64,000 nt of DNA, from contig JADYYS010000039.1 of the NCBI GenBank assembly GCA_020853525.1, positions 76,587 to 140,586 on the forward strand. The letters run 5' to 3'. Position 1 is the stretch's first letter; every line of letters begins with the position of its first letter. Positions 36,774 to 44,706 of this stretch are shown piece by piece. The notes beneath the pieces were generated by a model. That model made no database searches, was not told the origin of the DNA, and worked only from the letters and a program-made list of their open reading frames with translations. The translations under genes and the position numbers were made by a program. Source of the stretch: Ardenticatenales bacterium (GTDB lineage Bacteria > Chloroflexota > Anaerolineae > Epilineales > Epilineaceae).

Positions 36774-38003
36774 CTATCGCCCTTCGTCCGGATCCACCCC
36801 CGCCTCGATCAGCGCCCGCCGCCCGAGCAGCACGTGCACCGCGTCGTCGCTCGGCGGGTGGAACAGCCCGGCCTGTACGTCGCGCCAATACCGCTCGATC
36901 GGCAGCGCACGCCCCATCGCGGCGCCGCCGACCACGCGCACGGCCGCATCGACGACGCTGCGGGCGTGGTTCGTGACGACGACCTTGGCGGCGACGATGT
37001 CGTCGCCGACGCCCGCCGCGTCGCCCGCCCCGGCCGCGTCGTCCCACGCGCGCGCGGCGGTCTTGAGGACGGTCGACGCCGTCCGGCGGGCCAGCTCGGC
37101 CTCGCCCAAACGCCGCTGGACCCCCTCGACGGTCGCCAGCGGCCGACCGAGGGCGGTTGGGACTCGCGCGCCGGCATAGCGGGCGGCGAAGTTGATCGCA
37201 GCGTCGGCGATGCCGAGGTAGACGGACGAGAGCAGGAGCGTGAACCAGGCGTTCGCGTTCGAGGCGTTCGGATCGGGCGCCAGCGCGCTCTGGCGATAGA
37301 GCAGCGCGTCCTCGGGCACGACGACGCTTTCGAGGACGATATCGTCGCTGCCGGTGCCGCGCATGCCGAGCGGATCCCATGTGGCCTCGATGCGCACACC
37401 GCGGCCGCGGGGCACGAGAAACCGGCCGATGCCCTCGGACGCGTCGGCGCCTTCGACGGCCGCCGGGATCACGAACGCGTCGAGCGCCGGCGACAGGCTG
37501 GCGAACGTCTTGCGCCCGTCGATCCGCCAGCCGTCCGCCACCCGCCGCGCCGTCGTCCTGGGGAGTCCGCCGCGGCTTGGGCTGCCGAGCTCGGGCTCGG
37601 AGGCGCACGCGTTCACCCACGCGCCGCGTCCGACGACGTCCGCGCACAACCGCGCGAACGCGTCGCCGGCCCAGTGTCCGCCGGCCGCCGCGGCACCGAT
37701 CGTCTGGGTATGCATCGCCACCGCCAGCGCGGTCGACGCATCGCCGGCCGCCAGCCGCCGATGCGCATCGACGGACGCGCCGAGGCCGGCGCCGAGGCCG
37801 CCGAGGGCCGCCGGCACGGCCAGGCGCGGCCAGCCGATCGCGCGGAGCGCCGCGACGTGGTCGGCGGCGAACGTGCCGGCGCGGTCGTGGGCGGCCGCGC
37901 CGGCGGCGAAGCGGTCGGCGAGGGCGGCGGCGAGGGCGGGCGCGCTGCCCAGGGTGAGTGCGGGCAGGTCGGCGACGAGGGCCGACGGGGTGGTGGCGTT
38001 CAC
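36774..38003 (-). CDS. acyl-CoA dehydrogenase family protein
   Basis: Frame of ORF 36774..38189. The acyl-CoA dehydrogenase fold is present, with a C-terminal helical domain ...YAGARVPTALGRPLATVEGVQRRLGEAE.... GTG at 38003 is the likely start but has no clear SD. The upstream 11-mer repeat array argues against the TTG at 38189. Confidence 0.7.
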   Translation of the reverse strand: MNATTPSALVADLPALTLGSAPALAAALADRFAAGAAAHDRAGTFAADHVAALRAIGWPRLAVPAALGGLGAGLGASVDAHRRLAAGDASTALAVAMHTQTIGAAAAGGHWAGDAFARLCADVVGRGAWVNACASEPELGSPSRGGLPRTTARRVADGWRIDGRKTFASLSPALDAFVIPAAVEGADASEGIGRFLVPRGRGVRIEATWDPLGMRGTGSDDIVLESVVVPEDALLYRQSALAPDPNASNANAWFTLLLSSVYLGIADAAINFAARYAGARVPTALGRPLATVEGVQRRLGEAELARRTASTVLKTAARAWDDAAGAGDAAGVGDDIVAAKVVVTNHARSVVDAAVRVVGGAAMGRALPIERYWRDVQAGLFHPPSDDAVHVLLGRRALIEAGVDPDEGR

Positions 38004-38029
38004 GCGAAGGAGTGTAGCGTGACTGCGTG

Positions 38030-38084
38030 CGGTGGAGCGGCGTTCGTGCGGCGTTGGAGCGGCGTTGGGGCGGCGTTGGAGCGG
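38030..38084. repeat. 11-nt tandem repeat array, about 5 copies (CGTTGGAGCGG and variants), in ACAD / cytochrome c divergent region
   Basis: Read directly from the sequence. The periodicity is one helical turn. Confidence 0.75.
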
Positions 38085-38288
38085 CCGGCGGCGGCGCGGT
38101 CGGGTTCGCGTCGCCGGCACGACCGCATCGCCAGCCTTGATCGACCCTCGTCCGCCGGATAAAGTGTGTTCGCCGCACATGGCATGCAATCGTATGCACC
38201 GGGATCGCCTCGCCCGACGCCGCTGCGTGCAGCCGGACGTGACCTCGCGTCGCCGGACATCCGATCACCCCCTTCCCCGGGAGCCCGC

Positions 38289-38975
38289 ATGCGCCCCACA
38301 CGCCTGATCGCCCTCGTCCTGACCACCGTCCTCCTCATCGTCGGCATCGCCGTCCTGCTCCGAAGCCGGGCGAACGTCGACGCGCCGCGCGACGATCCGA
38401 AGGTCCTGGCGGCGGCCGCCGTAGATTACGTCAAGTTCTGCGCCGTCTGCCACGGCGTGGACGGGCGCACCGTTGCGGGCAGCATCGCGCCGAATCTGGC
38501 CAGCGACGACCTGTTGGCGCTCGCCGGCGACGACTTCCTGCGCGCGGCGATCGTCTTCGGTCGCCCGGGCCGAGAGGGGATCGGGGCGAAAGGCGTGAAG
38601 ATGCAGGCCTACGGCAACGGCGCCACCCCGCTCGACGACGCCCGGATCGACGGCATCGTACGGCACCTGCGCACCTGGCAGAAGGCCGAGCCCGTGGCGC
38701 TCGACGATGCGTACCGGGCGGCCGGCGACGTGGCCGCCGGCGAGGCCGTCTACGCCCGCGCGTGCGCATCGTGCCACGGCGCCGGCGGCTGGACGGACGG
38801 GGCGCCACGCCTGGCCGGCGCCGTCTTCCAGACCACCGCGTCGGACGACTTCATCCGCCAGACGATCCGGCGCGGCCGCGCCGGCACCCCCATGCGCCCG
38901 ATCGCCCTTTCGGCCGCGGACGAGGACGCCGTCATCGCCTACATCCGCACGTTCTCCCCGATCCCACCGAAGTAG
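38289..38975 (+). CDS. membrane-anchored diheme c-type cytochrome
   Basis: Frame of ORF 38166..38975. The ATG at 38289 follows GGGAG. An N-terminal TM is present and there are two CxxCH motifs (CAVCHG, CASCHG). Confidence 0.7.
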   Translation: MRPTRLIALVLTTVLLIVGIAVLLRSRANVDAPRDDPKVLAAAAVDYVKFCAVCHGVDGRTVAGSIAPNLASDDLLALAGDDFLRAAIVFGRPGREGIGAKGVKMQAYGNGATPLDDARIDGIVRHLRTWQKAEPVALDDAYRAAGDVAAGEAVYARACASCHGAGGWTDGAPRLAGAVFQTTASDDFIRQTIRRGRAGTPMRPIALSAADEDAVIAYIRTFSPIPPK

Positions 38976-38979
38976 CGTG

Positions 38980-40002
38980 ATGAATCCGACGCCGCCGCTC
39001 CCGCTCCGCGGCGTCCTCGCCGCACTCCCGACGCCGTTCGACGCCGCCGGATCCCTCGCCCACGCCGCCGTCACCCCGCTCCTGGACCTGGTCGCCGGTA
39101 GCGGCTGCCACGGGGCGCTCCTCGCCGGCTCGACCGGCGAAGGCCCGTCGCTGACGCTCGACGAGCGGACCGCGCTCGTGGCCGCCGCCGGCGCCTGGCG
39201 CGCCGCCCGTCCGATCGACGCGCCGCCGTTCCTGATCCTTTGCGGCACCGGCCACCCTGCCTGGCCCGACGCCGCACACGCGACGGCCGCCGCCGTCGCG
39301 GCCGGGGCCGACGCGGCCGTCGTCGTCCCGCCCTACTACTTCAAGGGCGTGAGCGATGGCGGGCTGATCGACTGGTATCGGCGGGTGATCGACGGTGCGG
39401 GCGATCGGCTCGCGCACGGCCCCGCATCCCCGCGGTCCGGCGGCAACGGGGCCGAAGCGCCGCGCGCACCGACGCTGCGCATCCTCCTGTACGACATCCC
39501 CCGCCATACCGGTGTCCCGATCCCGAACGCCGTCCTGGCCGCCCTTGTCGACGACTACGGCCCGCACGGACCGATCGTCGGCCTCAAGGACTCGACCGCC
39601 GACCGGACCGCGACGGTGGATCGGATCCGCGCGCTGCCGGAGCTGGCGATCTTCTCCGGCACGGACACCGACCTGTCCGCAGTGCTGGCGGCCGGCGGGG
39701 CCGGAGCGATCACGGCCCTGGCGTCCGTTCGAGGCGACCTCCTGCGCCACGTCTGGGACCGCGCTGCGACAACGGCCGACGATGCGCGGACGGCGCAAGC
39801 GGCGCTCGACACGGCGCGCGCCGTCCTCGACGCACGGCCGGCCGTCGCCGCCCTGAAGGCCGACATCGCCCAGCGGCTCGGCGGCGACACGTGGCATGTC
39901 CGTCCGCCGCTCGTGGATCTACCTGCGGCCGACGGACGGGCGTTCAGCCAGGCACTGGCGCGGATCGGCGCCGCGGCGGGCAGGAACGCGAGGCGGGGGT
40001 AG
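38980..40002 (+). CDS. dihydrodipicolinate synthase / N-acetylneuraminate lyase family (DapA-like) aldolase
   Basis: Frame of ORF 38707..40002, with ATG 4 nt after the cytochrome stop. The family Schiff-base Lys context is IVGLKDSTAD, in the (beta/alpha)8 class I aldolase pattern. An unusual Gly/Pro-rich insertion is present. Confidence 0.6.
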   Translation: MNPTPPLPLRGVLAALPTPFDAAGSLAHAAVTPLLDLVAGSGCHGALLAGSTGEGPSLTLDERTALVAAAGAWRAARPIDAPPFLILCGTGHPAWPDAAHATAAAVAAGADAAVVVPPYYFKGVSDGGLIDWYRRVIDGAGDRLAHGPASPRSGGNGAEAPRAPTLRILLYDIPRHTGVPIPNAVLAALVDDYGPHGPIVGLKDSTADRTATVDRIRALPELAIFSGTDTDLSAVLAAGGAGAITALASVRGDLLRHVWDRAATTADDARTAQAALDTARAVLDARPAVAALKADIAQRLGGDTWHVRPPLVDLPAADGRAFSQALARIGAAAGRNARRG

Positions 40003-40006
40003 GGCG

Positions 40007-41995
40007 ATGGCAGAGCGGCGAAACGGGACGATCGGACGATGGTCCGCGCAGCGGTCCGCGCGGGTGGCGACCGTCGCGTTGGCGATCGGGCTCGTCGGCC
40101 TCGGCGCCGCGCGTGCTGCCGCCGAGGCCGGTACGGGTGCCGATGCCGATGCCGTCGGTGTTGCCCATGCCGAACCGATTGCCGATTCGGCCGCCGATTC
40201 CGACGCGGCGGCGGTGTGGGCCGTCGTGGACACCGTTCGCCCGGGCTTCCTGCCGCCGCCCGGCGGTGTCGTTCGTCCGGTCGATTTGGCGGTGCTGCCC
40301 GACGGCGGCTTCCTGGTCGTGGACGATACGCTACAGCGTGCCGAACGGTTCGACGCTGCCGGCGGCGTGGTGGTCGGCTACGGCGGCGTGCCGGGCGACG
40401 GGGCGTTCATCGAGGCGCCGATCGGGGTGGCGGTGGATCCGGCGCGGTCGCGGGCGTACATCTCGGACGCCGTCGGGCGCAAGGTACTGGCGTTCGATCT
40501 CGGCGGTGGGCTGCAGGCCGCGTGGGCCGGGTTCGCCCAGCCCGAGGCGGCGACGGTCGGGCAGGACGGGCGGTTGTATGTCTACGATCGGCCGAAGGCG
40601 GCGCTGGCCGTCCGTCGCCCGGACGGGACGGCCGAAGCGGAGATCACGGTCCAGCGGGCGCTCTCGTTCTCCTCCGAGCTGCCGAGCGGCCTGGCGACGA
40701 GCGGGCGCGGGACGCTGTTCTTCGCGGCCGAGAACCCGGTGGCGAATGCCGCCAACGTGCTCTACGAGTTCTCTGCCGACGGCGCGGTCATCCCGCCGCG
40801 AACGCAGCTCCGGTGGCGGATGCGGGACATCAGCTTCGACGCGGCCGGCGAGATGTTCGTCCTGGACTGGACGAACCGCCGGATCGTCAGCCGCCTCGAT
40901 CGGCAGCGAGGCGAGATCGGCCGCGCCTGGCCCGTGGCCGGCTTCCCGGTGGCGATGGCCGCTCGCGCCGCCGACGAGGTCTTCCTCCTGTACGGCGCCT
41001 CGCCTGCCGCTCCGGCGGCCGTGGCCGTCGTCGAGGGCGGGCGTGAGGTGCGCCGGCTGCCGCTGCCCCGCCCGGCCGGCCGCTGGTTCGGCCCGCCGCT
41101 GCGCCTGCAGGTCGATGCGACCGGCCGCCTGTGGGTCGTCGACGAGCTCGAGCGCGCCGTGCGGCTGACGCCCGATGGCCGGGAGGGCGACACCCAGTTC
41201 ACGCTCCACGGCCTGCAGGAGATCGTGCCCCTCGGCGACGGATCGACGGCCGTCGTCATCCGCACGCGCAGCTCGTCGTCCAACGACGCCCCCGACGACC
41301 GCGACGCACCGCCGCCGGGCATCCGCCGGGTGAGCTTCGAGCGCTACAGCGTGCGACCGGGCGCCGACCCGGGCATCGACCTGACCACTGTCGTCACCCG
41401 CACGTTCGTCACGGACGTCACCGCGTCGGACACGATCGTCGCCGCCGCCAGCGCCCCCGACGCCGACGGCCGCGGTGCCTGGGTGCTCGACCGCGGCTCA
41501 TCCCGGCTGCACCACATCGTTCAAGGCATCTCGAACACGATCGACGTGGCGACGACGCCGTTGCCCGAGGCGAGCAGCGCACTGGAGTACCGCGACGTCG
41601 TGGCGCTCCAGGGCGGCCGGATCGGCGTGCTCCACGGCCCGACGAGACGATTGCTGGTCGTCCGTCCGGACGGGGGCGCGCCGGACGCCGTGGCGCTGGA
41701 CGTGGAGAGCGCCCTGCGCATCGCGGCGCTGCCGGACGGTCGGTTGGCCGTGCTCACGAGCGGCGACGACGTCGCGATCCTGGCCGCCGACGGCCGCCGC
41801 CAGGCCGTCGTGCCGCTGCCCCGCCCCGCGGGAGCGGGCAACGAGCCGGCCAGCGACATCGCCGCCGGGCCGGACGGGACGGTGTACGTGGCGGACCGGC
41901 TGGACCGGGCGGTGTACCTGTTGCGGGCGGGGACAGGGCAGCCGAGCCGGACGGGGGTGTACTTGCCGTGGGTGGGGAATGAGGCGGCGCGGTAG
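40007..41995 (+). CDS. secreted NHL-repeat-like beta-propeller protein with C-terminal GVYLPWVGN tag
   Basis: Frame of ORF 39896..41995. The ATG at 40007 starts the signal peptide MAERRNGTIGRWSAQRSARVATVALAIGLVGLGAARAAAEA. Repeated FxLDxxxRL / VYVADRLDRAV blades resemble NHL repeats. Confidence 0.5.
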   Translation: MAERRNGTIGRWSAQRSARVATVALAIGLVGLGAARAAAEAGTGADADAVGVAHAEPIADSAADSDAAAVWAVVDTVRPGFLPPPGGVVRPVDLAVLPDGGFLVVDDTLQRAERFDAAGGVVVGYGGVPGDGAFIEAPIGVAVDPARSRAYISDAVGRKVLAFDLGGGLQAAWAGFAQPEAATVGQDGRLYVYDRPKAALAVRRPDGTAEAEITVQRALSFSSELPSGLATSGRGTLFFAAENPVANAANVLYEFSADGAVIPPRTQLRWRMRDISFDAAGEMFVLDWTNRRIVSRLDRQRGEIGRAWPVAGFPVAMAARAADEVFLLYGASPAAPAAVAVVEGGREVRRLPLPRPAGRWFGPPLRLQVDATGRLWVVDELERAVRLTPDGREGDTQFTLHGLQEIVPLGDGSTAVVIRTRSSSSNDAPDDRDAPPPGIRRVSFERYSVRPGADPGIDLTTVVTRTFVTDVTASDTIVAAASAPDADGRGAWVLDRGSSRLHHIVQGISNTIDVATTPLPEASSALEYRDVVALQGGRIGVLHGPTRRLLVVRPDGGAPDAVALDVESALRIAALPDGRLAVLTSGDDVAILAADGRRQAVVPLPRPAGAGNEPASDIAAGPDGTVYVADRLDRAVYLLRAGTGQPSRTGVYLPWVGNEAAR

Positions 41996-42117
41996 GGGTG
42001 AGGGATCGGGCGCCGAGTCGTTGGACGATCGGGGAGAGAGGCTTGCGTGAGCGCGTCTATAATCGTCCCGAGAACGCCCCGCCGTTCCGAACGATTCCCC
42101 TCCCAGGAGCCCTCGCC

Positions 42118-42708
42118 ATGACGGACAGCGCCACGGCAACGCACGATGCGGTCGCCACGCCGGGCATCGCCGATCAGCTCGACAGCGCGATTCGGCGCTA
42201 CGGACTGCACGCCGCGCTCGTCGTCGCGCTCACTGCGCTTATCGGCAGCCTCTACTTCAGCAACATCCGAGGCTACACGCCGTGCGTGCTGTGCTGGTAC
42301 CAGCGCATCTTCATGTACCCGCTGGCCTTCATCCTGGCGATCGGGATCGGCGTCCGCGACCGGTCCGTCGCGCGTTATGTCATCCCGTCGGCCCTCGTCG
42401 GGACGGCCGTCGCCGTGTACCACGTGCTGCTCCAGAAGACGAACTGGCTGCCCGAGACGCCGGCCTGCAAGGTATCGGTCCCGTGCAGTTCGGACTACAT
42501 CTACTGGCTCGGCTTCATCACGATCCCGGTCCTGTCCCTGACCGCGTTCGTGCTGATCCTGATCTTCGTCTCGTCCACGCTCACGCAGGCGGCGGAGTTC
42601 GAGCCGGCGTGGGGAGCGCGGCCGTGGCGGCGGGTGGCGTTGATCGTCATCGGGACGGTGATCGTGTTCGGTGTGCTCTGGGCGGTGGACGGCAAGGCGG
42701 TGGTGTAA
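42118..42708 (+). CDS. dsbB: disulfide bond formation protein B (BdbC/DsbB family)
   Basis: Frame of ORF 41998..42708. The ATG at 42118 follows AGGAG. There are four TM segments, a first Cys pair (CVLCWYQR) and a second pair (PACKVSVPC). Confidence 0.75.
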   Translation: MTDSATATHDAVATPGIADQLDSAIRRYGLHAALVVALTALIGSLYFSNIRGYTPCVLCWYQRIFMYPLAFILAIGIGVRDRSVARYVIPSALVGTAVAVYHVLLQKTNWLPETPACKVSVPCSSDYIYWLGFITIPVLSLTAFVLILIFVSSTLTQAAEFEPAWGARPWRRVALIVIGTVIVFGVLWAVDGKAVV

Positions 42709-42888
42709 CCGGGCGGGACGTGTGTCGGATGCGCCGGGCGGCATGACCGGTGCCGCCCGCGACGGCCCCCGCCTTGGCCCCACCCGACCTTCGCACTACA
42801 CTCACCCCCGGACAGGGGGGAGACGACCGACGTGCGGGTGGCTCCCTCGCCTCGTTTCGCATGACCCAACACCTTAGGAGGACCACCC

Positions 42889-43296
42889 GTGAAGCGACCT
42901 TCGCTCGCGGCCGCGGCCGTCGGCGTGGCCGCCGTGCTGGCCATGGCCAGCCTGAACGGCCCGCCCGCCACCCAGGCCGCCGGCACCGCGCCGTTCCAGG
43001 CCACGCTGCCCCCGCCCGCGCCCACCGCCACCAACGTCGGCATGCCGCCGGCGCCGACCGAGGTGCCGCAGACAGGCCAGGTCTGTCAGTTCATCTTGAA
43101 CAAGGTGCCGGCCCAGGTCATCGCCAGCGCGCTGGCCAACCCGGATGCGGTGTACGGCTTCAACCGGCCGCGCAATCCGAACGTGGCGGTGAGCTATCCG
43201 CTGAACCCGCGGCGGGTGTACCTGAGCCTGTGGAACCCGCACGTGCACTTCCACCCGATGTTCAACTCGTTGAAGTGGGTGGCGGGCTGCCCGTAG
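42889..43296 (+). CDS. small secreted protein with two Cys and HxHxH motif (hypothetical)
   Basis: ORF 42889..43296. The GTG start is preceded by a strong TAGGAGGA RBS. A signal peptide (MKRPSLAAAAVGVAAVLAMA) is present, with Cys residues (QVCQF, AGCP) and the motif HVHFHPMF. Confidence 0.6.
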   Translation: MKRPSLAAAAVGVAAVLAMASLNGPPATQAAGTAPFQATLPPPAPTATNVGMPPAPTEVPQTGQVCQFILNKVPAQVIASALANPDAVYGFNRPRNPNVAVSYPLNPRRVYLSLWNPHVHFHPMFNSLKWVAGCP

Positions 43297-43378
43297 GGCG
43301 GGCGTTGAAGGCCGCCGGGACCGCGGTTCGGCCCATGATGTTCGACCCGCCAGCGGGTACGCGATCGTCGTGAAGACA

Positions 43379-43398
43379 GGGCACGGCATGCCGTGCCC
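43379..43398. terminator. perfect 20-nt palindrome GGGCACGGCATGCCGTGCCC (hairpin) between convergent genes
   Basis: Read directly from the sequence. Confidence 0.35.
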
Positions 43399-43449
43399 CT
43401 ACGTGTGCCTGGGTGGGTTGGGGCGATCGGAAGCTTAAGAACGTGCGAA

Positions 43450-43480
43450 GGGGCGGGTCTGAGACCCGCCCCTTCATGTT
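43450..43480. terminator. candidate bidirectional intrinsic terminator GGGGCGGGTC-TGA-GACCCGCCCC with U-rich flanks
   Basis: A perfect 10-bp stem with 3-nt loop lies between the convergent 42889 gene (+) and korB (-). Confidence 0.5.
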
Positions 43481-43577
43481 GGTGAATCGGGTAGATGTTG
43501 GTGAATGGGTGACCGTCGACGTATTGGCTGGTGGCCGTCGGCGGTGGAAGATCCTCGGCACGCGTTTCCAGGCGGCC

Positions 43578-44621
43578 CTAGTGCAGGCCGTTGCGGGCGG
43601 AGACCACCCAGCTCTCGTTCGACGCCACCAGGTCCTCGAGGCTGCCGGGTCCCATCTTTGCCGCCGCGTCGCGGCCTTGCTGGATGACCTGGTGCTCGTA
43701 GACCGGCTTGTCGACGGAGCGCAGGACGCCGAGCGGCACCGGGTACTCCGGCAACGTCATCCGGCTGATGAGGTAGTGATAGCTCACCTGCGCCCGCTCG
43801 TCGTGCGTCAGGAGCGCGTCGGCGGGCACGTCGGCGACGTTCACGACCTCGGGCTGGAAGCCGTTCAGGCGGATGCCCTTGTCGCGCGCCGCGCCGAAGA
43901 TCATGGGCTGGCCGTGGACGAGCTCGAGCGTGTGCTCGGCGCGGGTCTTGGCGTTGGCCACGTCCTCCCAGGCGCCGTCGTTGAAGATGTTGCAGTTCTG
44001 GAACACCTCGACGAACGACGTCCCCTTGTGCTCGACAGCGCGCTTGATCACTTCGCCCAGGTGCTTCGTGTGGACGTCGATCGAGCGCGCGACGAACGTC
44101 GCCTCGGCGGCCAGCGCCACGGACAGGGGGTTGAAGCCCTGCTCGACCGATCCCATGGGGGAGGACTTCGTCTTGTGGCCGGGCAGGGAGGTCGGGGAGT
44201 ACTGGCCCTTCGTCAGGCCGTAGATCCGGTTGTTGAAGAGGATGATGTTCAGGTCCACGTTCCGCCGCAGCGTGTGGATCAGGTGGTTGCCGCCGATCGA
44301 GAGGCCGTCGCCGTCGCCGGTGATGACGAAGACCGTCAGGTCGGGGTTGGCCAGCTTGAGGCCGGTGGCCAGCGTCGGGGCACGACCGTGGATGCTGTGA
44401 ATGCCGTACGTGTTCATGTAGTACGGGAACCGGCTCGAGCAGCCGATGCCCGACACGAACACGACGTTCTCACGCGGGATGCCGCACTCGGGCAGGACCT
44501 TCTGCATCGTCGCCAGGATCGCGTAGTCACCGCAACCGGGGCACCACCGGACTGCCTGGTCGGTGACCAGGTCGGCCTTCGTCATGGGCACGGGCTGAAG
44601 CGGAATCGTTTCGGTCGTCAT
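43578..44621 (-). CDS. korB: 2-oxoglutarate/2-oxoacid:ferredoxin oxidoreductase beta subunit (TPP-binding)
   Basis: ORF 43578..44621. TPP motifs are WCPGCGDY and VITGDGDGLSIGGNH. Confidence 0.85.
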   Translation of the reverse strand: MTTETIPLQPVPMTKADLVTDQAVRWCPGCGDYAILATMQKVLPECGIPRENVVFVSGIGCSSRFPYYMNTYGIHSIHGRAPTLATGLKLANPDLTVFVITGDGDGLSIGGNHLIHTLRRNVDLNIILFNNRIYGLTKGQYSPTSLPGHKTKSSPMGSVEQGFNPLSVALAAEATFVARSIDVHTKHLGEVIKRAVEHKGTSFVEVFQNCNIFNDGAWEDVANAKTRAEHTLELVHGQPMIFGAARDKGIRLNGFQPEVVNVADVPADALLTHDERAQVSYHYLISRMTLPEYPVPLGVLRSVDKPVYEHQVIQQGRDAAAKMGPGSLEDLVASNESWVVSARNGLH

Positions 44622-44637
44622 GTCGAACCTCCTAGTA

Positions 44638-44706
44638 CTCTGTCACTGCAGAGTCTGCGGATAGCTACCTCTGTCGGATATCCGAAGCGTGTTCAGTGAC
44701 AGAGTA
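44638..44706. repeat. 13-bp perfect inverted repeat (TACTCTGTCACTG / CAGTGACAGAGTA) flanking a 44-nt AT-richer spacer between korA and korB, with inner palindrome CGGATATCCG
   Basis: Read directly from the sequence. The distal arm overlaps the korA stop codon. Confidence 0.6.

Noticed and set aside
36774-38189. TTG start at 38189 for the acyl-CoA dehydrogenase
   Set aside because: It would translate the 11-nt repeat array into an RRRRPLQRRPNAAPTP low-complexity segment. The conserved ACAD N-terminus begins near the GTG at 38003.
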